Of a stretch of DNA of 64,000 nucleotides, positions 1 to 7,550 are shown piece after piece. Position numbers and translations under genes: made by a program. The stretch comes from an uncultured Eubacteriales bacterium (lineage in GTDB: Bacteria > Bacillota > Clostridia > Oscillospirales > Acutalibacteraceae): contig CAKSDI010000002.1 of assembly GCA_934445035.1 (NCBI GenBank), forward strand, positions 88,997 to 152,996, given 5' to 3'. The notes below the pieces were generated by a model that searched no databases, was not told the origin of the DNA, and saw nothing but the letters and a program-made list of their open reading frames with translations. Position 1 is the first letter of the stretch; each line of letters starts with the position of its first letter.

Positions 1-591
1 CCCGTCATCTTCAAAGCCTACAATATCATAGGCAAACGGTCCTACCGAAAACTTGTTTGTATTATCCGCATTGAACACCCAAATAATGTCACGCTCAATT
101 TTATACATATCGGAAAAAGAACCATCAGCGTTGCGTTGGGCTAATTTTTCAATAGGCTTTCTGTCCGGGAAAAGATAATCTTTTGGATGCTTTTCCTTAT
201 GTAATGCGCATAGAAGCCTTGCTATATATATGTTCCTATATTTACTTTCGTCGGTTATTATCTCTGAAGCTACATAGGCAACTAACGGATTTTTGCTTGC
301 ATCCAAAATATTTGGATAACCTGCAAACTCTAACGATGATTTATCCATAGCATCTGCCATAACAAACGCCAATTTATAAAGGAAACTGCGATTCTCTTTT
401 GATTTTGCAACCGTCTGCAAATAATCAAAAAAATATTCCGTCTTTTTCAGCAGCGTGTTGGCAGCTGTGTATGCCACCCTCCCTTCACCCGACATAAACC
501 ATTGTGCGGTCTTTTGCAGACTGCTTGAATCGACTGCATCTTTATCCTTTAAGATGCGAATCAATGCCATTGGTGACTGTAAGAAACCCAT
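1..591 (-). CDS. hypothetical protein, N-terminal 197 aa; the ORF continues beyond the left window edge
   Basis: Hand translation of the minus strand. ATG at 591-589 with GAGGAG 7 nt upstream. The frame is open to position 1 (MGFLQSPMALIRILKDKDAV...). It is absent from the ORF track only because no stop lies in the window. It starts 22 nt downstream of the preceding gene, making it the last visible gene of the operon. Confidence 0.6.
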   Translation of the reverse strand, partial: MGFLQSPMALIRILKDKDAVDSSSLQKTAQWFMSGEGRVAYTAANTLLKKTEYFFDYLQTVAKSKENRSFLYKLAFVMADAMDKSSLEFAGYPNILDASKNPLVAYVASEIITDESKYRNIYIARLLCALHKEKHPKDYLFPDRKPIEKLAQRNADGSFSDMYKIERDIIWVFNADNTNKFSVGPFAYDIVGFEDDG

Positions 592-613
592 TTGTTTTCT
601 CCTCACTTTTTCT

Positions 614-1315
614 TTATTTATAAGATCCGCAGATCCTATTTCGTGAATTTAAAAGATTTACGACTTTTTCTATCTGCACAAGCATTGCCTCCGTATTTTT
701 ACCGAAAACGCTTGTTTTAAGAGCCTTTAATTCCTTTGTGATTTCTGATTCTATTTCTTTGGTTTCCTCAATAGAAACAGGATCGCTGTACTTGAACTTA
801 GTGGCGAGATTCTGCAAAGGCTCTCTTGCTTTTTCATCTTTGCAAGCATCTAAAATGTCTGAAATGTCTATCTGAAACCTTGTGACGTTTTTTGTTGCGT
901 TAACGGAGTTTACATCGATATTTTCTATAAAGTCTCTTGAATTGTCTGCCACAATAAAGCCGATGCTTGCTGCTCCGGTGTATATAAGAGATAGCAAAAG
1001 ACCTATCCAATAAGGAACATTGAAAAATGCACCGACAGCATAGAGAATAACGGTTGTTATCAGTTGAGCAGCGGTATACAGATACCCGATTCGGAAAATC
1101 GGATAACCGTAAAACTTGCTCATTAAATCCATCGGTTTGCCAAAGGCGTATAAACTAATACCCGCTCCGACAGCCAAGGAAATAATGGAAAAAGCAAACA
1201 TTATCCAAGAGCTTGCCGGTTTTGGAAACGGAATAAGCACCGTAAGGAGAATAAATAAAACGGCAACAATCCCGTAAATCGCAATGGCGGACTTTTTCGG
1301 TTTATTCATTTTCAT
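614..1315 (-). CDS. integral membrane protein (about 4 TM helices plus a helical cytoplasmic tail), function unknown
   Basis: ORF track 614..1318. I prefer the ATG at 1315 (MKMNKPKK) with AAGGAG 7 nt upstream, located inside the end of the upstream gene. Hydrophobic segments include AIAIYGIVAVLFILLTVLIPF, WIMFAFSIISLAVGAGISLYAF and YLYTAAQLITTVILYAVGAFF. Confidence 0.7.
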   Translation of the reverse strand: MKMNKPKKSAIAIYGIVAVLFILLTVLIPFPKPASSWIMFAFSIISLAVGAGISLYAFGKPMDLMSKFYGYPIFRIGYLYTAAQLITTVILYAVGAFFNVPYWIGLLLSLIYTGAASIGFIVADNSRDFIENIDVNSVNATKNVTRFQIDISDILDACKDEKAREPLQNLATKFKYSDPVSIEETKEIESEITKELKALKTSVFGKNTEAMLVQIEKVVNLLNSRNRICGSYK

Positions 1316-1317
1316 CA

Positions 1318-3213
1318 CTATTCTCCTTTCCGGTGTCCGCAGTCTGGACAGAATTTAGAAGTAATATTTGTGCGTCCGCATTCAGGGCAATTCCAGATTT
1401 CAGCTTTTTCGGGGCGTTTTGCACCGCAATCGGGACAGAAGTTGCTGCTTATTCCTTTACATCCGCAAGAACAGTCCCATTTTGAATTTTCCGCAGTTTG
1501 CGGTTTCGGAGCACCGCATTCAGGACAAAACATAGAGGTTATACAAGTTTTGCCGCAGGAACAGTTCCACGCTGTTGTTTTATTTGAGGTAGGAATGGCA
1601 TTGTCCGAAGCCTGCTTTCCCATATCGGCAGCGTTATTCATAATAGGGGACATTATATCCTTTGTCATATTTACAACGCCGCTCATCGCACCGAGTCCCA
1701 CACCAAGACCGACCATATTGCCAACGGCACCGCCAAGACCACCGGCGGCAGAACCCTCTGTGCCGGTGCCTGTTCCCGGCAAGCCGTTTTGCATGGCTTC
1801 CAATCCAATCTGACGAGAGGTTTCCTGACCGTATGTATAGCCTTTGGCACGCATTTCTTCCGCTTCTGCCATTGCCTGTGCAGAATATGCTTCGGCGGTG
1901 GATTGCCCTTTAAGTCTGGTCGCTTCGGCAGAACCCTGAGCCTCAAATTTGACCGCCTCGGAATGCGCCTGTGCGGAGATTTTGGTTGCTTCGCCTTCTC
2001 CTTGTGTGCGCAAAATTTTCCGCTGAGCCTCGGTTTGTTCCTCAACCAAGACTCTTCCTTGACGAGCTTCGGCTTCGGCTCGCAACACGCCTTCTTCTCT
2101 GGCTTTCAGCTTTCTCTCCGCTTCTTGCTTTCTCCAGCGTTCAACATCCTCGCTGTTATGGATTTTGATTGTAGTTAAATTAAAATGATTTGTCGGGATG
2201 ATCAATCCGTACTCATCAAAAACGGCGTTTAAGTCTTTGCGCAGAATATCGGAAATCAGAATTTTTTTGCTTTCAATATCTAAAACATTGATTTGATTTT
2301 CAATGATAATATTGGCTAACAGGTCCGATAAACGGCTTGTGATCACATCACGGAATTTTTCGGAAACATACGCCGCCGTATAGGACTCGCCGGCACCCAT
2401 CGGTTCGTTGTGCTCTGTTCCCGAAGATGTACCGATAATCATATAAACCAACTTGCGAACGCTCTCGTTGTCATCGATTACCTGTAAATCAACCGAACCG
2501 CTGATACCGATATTAACATAAAAATCCATTTCGGGATTTCTGAGCCGGATTTCCGGCACACCCCACTTGACATTTAATCGGTTTGTTCGAACAAAATAGA
2601 TCTTAGAATCAAATGTAAGCTCTGCGTCGGTCGGGAATTTCAAAACTTCTTCTAAAAGCGGAAGCTTTTGTGTTTCGAGAATATGTCGGCCCGGACCGAA
2701 AACATCCAATCCTTTTCCGTTTCGGAAAAACAAAGCTTTTTGTCCTTCTGACACGATAAGCTGTGAGCCGATATTGAAATTTTCTACGGGATGGCGGTAA
2801 ACGAAAATATCATTCATTCCCATATCCCATTTAATTACACCCGTTTTACCACTGCTTTTTTCCTGCGCCAACCTTGCCTGAACATCAATTACGGTTTTAC
2901 ACTGGGGACAGGTATAGGTTTTTGCGCTCTTGTCGGCAATTAATGCGACTTTACATGCGGGGCAGGTGATTTTAACTGTTTCCTTGCCGGAGTTGATTCT
3001 TGTATGACAGACCGGGCAGCTGGCAGTTGCGCTTTTACTTCTGTCATAGATAACTTTGTTTCCGCAATGGGGGCATGTGTCCTCAGCCATTCGTTCGGTG
3101 TTAACATCAACTACATAGCCGCAGGAACACTTAATTTTCTTTTTGGCAAATAAGCCTGTTCCGGCTTGTATCGGTTTTTTACACGCCGGACATTCTATTA
3201 CGAAATTAGCCAT
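1318..3213 (-). CDS. SPFH/band-7 (stomatin-prohibitin-flotillin) domain protein with multiple Zn-ribbons, YdjI/COG4260-like
   Basis: The N-terminus has about four CxxC...CxxC ribbons (CPACKK..CSCG, CPHCGN..CPVCH, CPACKV..CPQCK). The central SPFH-like region reads GVIKWDMGMNDIFVYRHP...LIVSEGQKALFFRNGK...IYFVRTN. This is followed by an Ala/Glu/Gln-rich coiled coil and a Gly-rich linker. The C-terminus carries three tandem W(N/D)C..CG..FCP(E/D)CG ribbons. I chose the start at ATG 3213 (MANFVIE, AAAGGA RBS) rather than the track start at 3297, which overlaps the upstream gene. Confidence 0.8.
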   Translation of the reverse strand: MANFVIECPACKKPIQAGTGLFAKKKIKCSCGYVVDVNTERMAEDTCPHCGNKVIYDRSKSATASCPVCHTRINSGKETVKITCPACKVALIADKSAKTYTCPQCKTVIDVQARLAQEKSSGKTGVIKWDMGMNDIFVYRHPVENFNIGSQLIVSEGQKALFFRNGKGLDVFGPGRHILETQKLPLLEEVLKFPTDAELTFDSKIYFVRTNRLNVKWGVPEIRLRNPEMDFYVNIGISGSVDLQVIDDNESVRKLVYMIIGTSSGTEHNEPMGAGESYTAAYVSEKFRDVITSRLSDLLANIIIENQINVLDIESKKILISDILRKDLNAVFDEYGLIIPTNHFNLTTIKIHNSEDVERWRKQEAERKLKAREEGVLRAEAEARQGRVLVEEQTEAQRKILRTQGEGEATKISAQAHSEAVKFEAQGSAEATRLKGQSTAEAYSAQAMAEAEEMRAKGYTYGQETSRQIGLEAMQNGLPGTGTGTEGSAAGGLGGAVGNMVGLGVGLGAMSGVVNMTKDIMSPIMNNAADMGKQASDNAIPTSNKTTAWNCSCGKTCITSMFCPECGAPKPQTAENSKWDCSCGCKGISSNFCPDCGAKRPEKAEIWNCPECGRTNITSKFCPDCGHRKGE

Positions 3214-3226
3214 AGTATCATCCTTT

Positions 3227-5350
3227 CTATCTGTAATAATCCGAGCTGGCATATGAATAACAGTCATTTGCTTTTGAGTTGCTGTCTTCATAGTCATATT
3301 TGGCTAACAGGGCAAATAAAAAATATGCTTTTTCGTACTCTGCGTTTTTTTGATAAGTACAAGCTTTATTGTACATATCTTTCAGTAATGCTTTTGATTT
3401 CAGCACATCGTCCCATATATCATCAAGCTTTGAAACTGCATTGACAATATCCGTTTCAAAAGTCGGACTGTTTACATCTACGGAGTCATAGGCTTTCATT
3501 GCTGCATCAAAGCTCTTTTGCAGCTTTTCATTCTTTTCTTTTTGTGCTTTCTTATTGCTTTCCGTGCTTGGTTTTATTGTTTTTTCTTTGCCATTACCAA
3601 AATCCTTAAATGTATAGTCAGAATAGTTAATTTGCGTGATGGCAAAGGTAATTTTCAATGATGCAAAGCTATAGTCTGACAGCTTTTGAACAGAATCGGA
3701 ATCAAGCGTTAAATCCAATTCCTGTTTTTTCCCGTGCGGAAGATTGGAAAGCTCCAACTTAGTTGCGCTGAGTTTTTTCCCGCTCTCGTCATAAAAATAC
3801 ATAACGCCTGAAAAGTAAGAAATATCAACAAAGCCTTTGTTTTTGAATTCCATTGGTATGGTTTCGCTTACCCAATTGTCGGAAAGCGTATCTTTGCTGA
3901 ATCCAACATATACATTGGTGTTATATTTCATCAAATTAAATACGAAAAATGCAAATACAACAAAAATCGCAACGACACTTAAATACGCTATAACTTTCTT
4001 GGATTTCTGTCTGGTTTTCTGCTTTTGTGTATAGCTCATTAACTCAGCGGTGCGGATTTCATCTCCGCAGGTTTGATATAACGCCAAGGCTTTTTTGAAT
4101 TCGGGACAATCAATCAGGTTTTCTTTTTTGTTTTCAATTTCGCTTTCGTTTCTTGCTTGCAACCGTACAAGACAAAGCCCCCAATATGCGTCGGCATTTT
4201 GTGCGTCAAAGGATAGAATCAATTGCAAAAAAGTCCGAGCCTGATTCCACAGGGCAGATTGTAAAAGAACACGGGAATATAAAAGAATTTGGGTTTTTAA
4301 TGCTTCCGGCGCTCCTGAATGATAGCCGATCAGCTTCCAAACAAATTGACTGATTCTGTCTGTTGTGACATTCTCGGAATTTACTGCGTTCAATACATCA
4401 ATAACTTCTTTGTCTGCATTATCTGAGTATTTAAGCAAGTTTTCAAAATCAATAATGCATTGCTGCATAGTGGCATCCGATTTTATATCGCATTTTAACA
4501 ATAACGAATGGATTCGCATATTACCCGGATCAGTAACAAGGAACTTTCTGTAATACTTTTGTGCAATTATCGGTGAACAGTTGCTGGCGAATTTTTCAAT
4601 GTATGAAAGATATGTATCTACTTCATTCGATTCCAGTGTTGTGCTTATCAAATAATCAAACGATTTTTCGTAAGATTTATTGATTGCATAGAGAATGGCA
4701 CCATTTGTAATGCTTTTGAATTTACTGTTTGAATAAACAGCTTCATTTTTTGCATAGGGCAAAATGGCTTTTAAGGCTGTGAACAAAGCACTGTCGGATT
4801 GATAATCATTTGAAAAAATCAATTCTATAATATGCCGTGCAAATTCAGGTGTAGCATTTGAAAGAATGACATCGATTATTTTCCCATCAGCTACGGTAAA
4901 CGCCGATAATGCCCTTAATAGTTCTCCCTCATTAGAAAGGTGGCGGCTGCACATAATTGCAAACCACCGCACCTGCGCATTGTTATGATCAGATAATAAA
5001 ACCTGATTGATTTGGGCTTGTGCTGTTTCCCATTCCTTAACACCTAAAAAGCGAGAAATCAGTTGGAGATTCTGTTCAGTATCAATATTGGAACTTTCAC
5101 GGTGAATGTCTGAGTCAATATTATCCGAAAGCTTAATTTCTTTAACGGTAATTGTATCCGTTTTAATAGTCGCCGCCTTTGCTGCCATTTGTCCGCTTTG
5201 AATTTCCTTCTTTTCAATGGGGCAATAAGTAAACGGATTTCCGGCATCATCTCGACCGAGCATATATTTTGTGCCGCAGTTTTCACATATGTAAAACTTG
5301 CCATCTTCACGCAGTGTTCCGCCGCAACCAGAACATTCAAGTTTTTTCAC
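3227..5350 (-). CDS. Zn-ribbon / helical-repeat (TPR-like) single-pass membrane protein, function unknown
   Basis: GTG start at 5350 with GAGGAGG 7 nt upstream. N-terminal ribbon CSGCGG-x15-CENCG. About 400 aa of helical repeat follows (e.g. AYWGLCLVRLQARNESEI), then one TM helix (VIAYLSVVAIFVVFAFFVFNLM), then a beta-rich region and a helical C-terminal domain. Confidence 0.7.
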   Translation of the reverse strand: MKKLECSGCGGTLREDGKFYICENCGTKYMLGRDDAGNPFTYCPIEKKEIQSGQMAAKAATIKTDTITVKEIKLSDNIDSDIHRESSNIDTEQNLQLISRFLGVKEWETAQAQINQVLLSDHNNAQVRWFAIMCSRHLSNEGELLRALSAFTVADGKIIDVILSNATPEFARHIIELIFSNDYQSDSALFTALKAILPYAKNEAVYSNSKFKSITNGAILYAINKSYEKSFDYLISTTLESNEVDTYLSYIEKFASNCSPIIAQKYYRKFLVTDPGNMRIHSLLLKCDIKSDATMQQCIIDFENLLKYSDNADKEVIDVLNAVNSENVTTDRISQFVWKLIGYHSGAPEALKTQILLYSRVLLQSALWNQARTFLQLILSFDAQNADAYWGLCLVRLQARNESEIENKKENLIDCPEFKKALALYQTCGDEIRTAELMSYTQKQKTRQKSKKVIAYLSVVAIFVVFAFFVFNLMKYNTNVYVGFSKDTLSDNWVSETIPMEFKNKGFVDISYFSGVMYFYDESGKKLSATKLELSNLPHGKKQELDLTLDSDSVQKLSDYSFASLKITFAITQINYSDYTFKDFGNGKEKTIKPSTESNKKAQKEKNEKLQKSFDAAMKAYDSVDVNSPTFETDIVNAVSKLDDIWDDVLKSKALLKDMYNKACTYQKNAEYEKAYFLFALLAKYDYEDSNSKANDCYSYASSDYYR

Positions 5351-6000
5351 AACTTTACCTCCTCGGTCGTGATAGGACCGTTTTTAATAACATAAGGCAC
5401 TTTGTTATTACGTATTTCTTCGACGGTTAACGAATGATGCCGAACTAAATCACATTCTTTACACGAAAAAGAAAACCAATCATATGCAAACCCCGGCATA
5501 TGAAGTAAAACATCTTTGAATTTTTCATTATCTATGTATGTGTTCTTGATGCTCTTAAGCAACTCTGAAAAATTAGTTGGTGGCAACAAATCGGGAATAT
5601 TTGAATAATAACGTATACACCAAACAAATACAGGTATCGTCAAGAGAACACTAATAGTGTTATTTACAGTGGAGTAATTTTTATTTGATTTCTTTTTGCA
5701 CGCATGATTTATACACTGGATAGAAAGTTCTTCAATATTATTTGTTTTAAGCTTATGATCTTTAATGTCTTTGATATATGTGGTAGTTTCTTTTTCGGTG
5801 GATGCTAAGGTTAATTCAAAAGGCATATTGTCTATTATCAAATCAGGTTCTTTTTGGTTGGCGTTTCCCCATATTATTTTTTTCTCACAAAAAAGGTCAA
5901 AACAATTTTTAAGAAGATACAATTGAAATCTCTCATTTATTTCTTTTTTGAAGAAATCTTTTGGAAAGAAATAATCAAAACTAACTTTATTCATTTTCAT
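5347..6000 (-). CDS. hypothetical protein (217 aa), first gene of the operon
   Basis: ORF track 5347..6177. I prefer the ATG at 6000 (MKMNKVSFDYFF) with GGAG upstream. The longer form has no RBS and would run through the inverted repeat at 6044-6064. Its stop overlaps the GTG start of the next gene (GTGA). Confidence 0.6.
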   Translation of the reverse strand: MKMNKVSFDYFFPKDFFKKEINERFQLYLLKNCFDLFCEKKIIWGNANQKEPDLIIDNMPFELTLASTEKETTTYIKDIKDHKLKTNNIEELSIQCINHACKKKSNKNYSTVNNTISVLLTIPVFVWCIRYYSNIPDLLPPTNFSELLKSIKNTYIDNEKFKDVLLHMPGFAYDWFSFSCKECDLVRHHSLTVEEIRNNKVPYVIKNGPITTEEVKL

Positions 6001-6043
6001 AATAATGCTCCATAGATTTGTTTGAATAGACAACTGATTAAAC

Positions 6044-6064
6044 AACATAATCCATATTATGTTG
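6044..6064. repeat. left inverted repeat (IRL) of the candidate invertible segment
   Basis: AACATAATCCATATTATGTTG. The exact reverse complement occurs at 6305-6325. The site is internally lox/dif-like: arms AACATAAT/ATTATGTT flank an asymmetric CCAT core. Confidence 0.85.
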
Positions 6065-6074
6065 TATTTAGAGC

Positions 6075-6104
6075 AATAAAAAATCTGCCGCAAACAGGGC
6101 AGAT
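6075..6104 (-). terminator. intrinsic terminator (minus strand) inside the invertible segment
   Basis: Stem ATCTGCC(6083-6089)/GGCAGAT(6098-6104) with an 8-nt loop. On the minus strand it is followed by TTTTTTATT. It lies between the recombinase gene and the operon. Confidence 0.65.
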
Positions 6105-6228
6105 CAAAAAAGAGTATAGCAAAGCAAGCCTTCTCAGAATTGTCGAAAAAGATAAGGAGAAAAGGCTTTATTGTCATGTTCGGTTTTCGACAATTTTGAG
6201 TTTTCTGTACTTTCCTTGGTTAAAGTGC

Positions 6229-6257
6229 TTTACAAACCATCCGTATTATGATATAAT
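6229..6257 (+). promoter_or_regulatory. sigma-A-type promoter with extended -10, inside the invertible segment
   Basis: TTTACA (6229-6234), a 17-nt spacer ending in TGa, then TATAAT (6252-6257). It currently points toward IRR and the 3' end of the recombinase gene, away from the operon. Confidence 0.65.
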
Positions 6258-6304
6258 ACGATATGTAAAATTGCGTTTGCTATATCCAAAAGCGAAATTT
6301 AATG

Positions 6305-6325
6305 CAACATAATATGGATTATGTT
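6305..6325. repeat. right inverted repeat (IRR) of the candidate invertible segment
   Basis: CAACATAATATGGATTATGTT is a 21/21 reverse complement of 6044-6064. The core is ATGG here versus CCAT in IRL, so the two sites are in inverted orientation. Confidence 0.85.
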
Positions 6326-6329
6326 TCTG

Positions 6330-6351
6330 CCGCCGATTTCGGTGGTTTTTT
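6330..6351 (+). terminator. plus-strand hairpin plus T-run immediately outside IRR
   Basis: CCGCCG(6330-6335)/CGGTGG(6340-6345), 6 bp including one G-U pair, with a 4-nt loop and TTTTTT (6346-6351). It would stop OFF-orientation promoter transcripts before they run antisense into the recombinase gene. Confidence 0.45.
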
Positions 6352-7192
6352 ATATTATAAGCCGCATATTTTCCATACGCTGACGATGTTCCATGCCGGT
6401 GGAGATGATATAAATTCTTGTGGTGTTTATACTTGAATGACCGAGAATATCCGCAAGTTTTGCAATATCCTTTTCAATTCCGTAAAACACCCTTGCGAAC
6501 AGGTGGCGCAGGTTATGCGGAAACACCTTTTGTGGGTTTACATTTGCTTCTTCACACAAGGCTTTCATTTCCCGCCAGATGTTGGTTCGGCTTATCGGCT
6601 TGCCCGTCCTTGTTACAAAAATCATACCGCTTTTAATATTTTGCTCTGCTGCATAGCGGAGCAATTTTTGTTTTAATTCCTTTACGATAAATACCGACCG
6701 CGTTTTCGCCTTGCAGTTCACCACCGCCTCGCCCTGTTTTACCGCCTCAACCGTTATATATTGCAACTCGCTGACGCGGATTCCCGTTCCGCATATAGTC
6801 TGCAAAATAAGATTAAGCCGCTCGTTGTGCTTGCGCTCCGCCGTTCGACAAAGCCGTGTGTATTCCGCTTTTGTCAGTTCTTTTTCTTCGGGGCAGAATA
6901 CCTGCTGCTGCAATTTCAGCGATTTCACCTTTAAATCGTGCCAGCCTAAAAAAGCAAATAGATTGTTGATACTTGCAAGCATTGAATTAACGCTTCGCAC
7001 AGCGTAAGCTTCTTGCAAATGCTTCTTATATGCAATTACGTTTTCTTTTGTAACAGCATTGTTTTGCGTATACGCTGAAAATGCCTTTACATCACGGCTA
7101 TACTTTTCAACTGTTGCCGCACTCCTTTCCTCTAAGATTAGGTGTTCCTTAAATTCGGCAATTACTTTTGCCGTAATAAATCGTCCTTTCAT
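6350..7192 (-). CDS. site-specific tyrosine recombinase (XerC/D-like size, no arm-binding domain); candidate invertase for the adjacent switch
   Basis: SAM-like N-terminal domain (AATVEKYSRDVKAF). Catalytic motifs are GTGIRVSEL (Arg), HNLRHLFA (H-x-x-R-H) and HSSINTTRIYI (His...Tyr). Start taken at ATG 7192 (MKGRFITAK) with a GGAGG RBS. Confidence 0.9.
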   Translation of the reverse strand: MKGRFITAKVIAEFKEHLILEERSAATVEKYSRDVKAFSAYTQNNAVTKENVIAYKKHLQEAYAVRSVNSMLASINNLFAFLGWHDLKVKSLKLQQQVFCPEEKELTKAEYTRLCRTAERKHNERLNLILQTICGTGIRVSELQYITVEAVKQGEAVVNCKAKTRSVFIVKELKQKLLRYAAEQNIKSGMIFVTRTGKPISRTNIWREMKALCEEANVNPQKVFPHNLRHLFARVFYGIEKDIAKLADILGHSSINTTRIYIISTGMEHRQRMENMRLII

Positions 7193-7319
7193 TTTGGTTT
7201 GCCTCCGAGTATTTTTTACTATTTTACCCGAAAAGTATGAAAACAAAAATTGTCGTCCCAAAAGGGTTGTGGTATGTTACCTTGGAAAGAACGATTTTGC
7301 AAGTTATTTTTTATTTTAG

Positions 7320-7348
7320 TTGAAAACAATTTGCCACATTGATATAAT
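7320..7348 (+). promoter_or_regulatory. consensus-like sigma-A promoter upstream of the element's regulatory genes
   Basis: TTGAAA (7320-7325), 17 nt, TATAAT (7343-7348). A structured leader of about 200 nt follows. Confidence 0.6.
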
Positions 7349-7550
7349 TAAAATATTCTTTCCGATCACAACGGCAGCAGCCGTGTGATAAATAAAATTT
7401 ATGTGCCGATGAGGTCACAACTGTGTGACCTCAGATTTCACCGAAGCTCCTAAGGCAATCAGCTGTAGATAGGATAAGCCTTGAAGTCAACAGTTTAATG
7501 GTGCTGTTTCGGCAGCCCTGTGACCTTTCCCACGGCGGAAAGGAATTCAT

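Larger units (their letters stand above)
6044..6325. promoter_or_regulatory. candidate inverton: 240-bp invertible promoter/terminator cassette between the tyrosine recombinase gene and the SPFH operon, captured in the OFF orientation
   Basis: Perfect 21-bp inverted repeats enclose a near-consensus promoter facing away from the operon and a minus-strand terminator. A tyrosine recombinase gene ends 25 bp from IRR. Confidence 0.6.

Noticed and set aside
1370-2178. Several plus-strand ORFs (147, 83, 129 and 65 aa) antisense to the SPFH gene.
   Set aside because: They are shadow ORFs in a stop-poor Ala/Glu/Gly-rich coding region. They have no RBS and low-complexity products.
5347-6000. A possible PD-(D/E)xK nuclease motif (EPDLIIDNMPFELT) in the first operon protein.
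   Set aside because: The third element is E-L-T rather than E-x-K, and I cannot verify the fold without a structure or HMM search. The product is left as hypothetical.
5347-6177. The long 276-aa version of the first operon gene, starting at 6177.
   Set aside because: It has no RBS, and the extension is hydrophobic and low-complexity. It reads through the 21-bp inverted repeat and into the invertible segment. The ATG at 6000 has a GGAG RBS.
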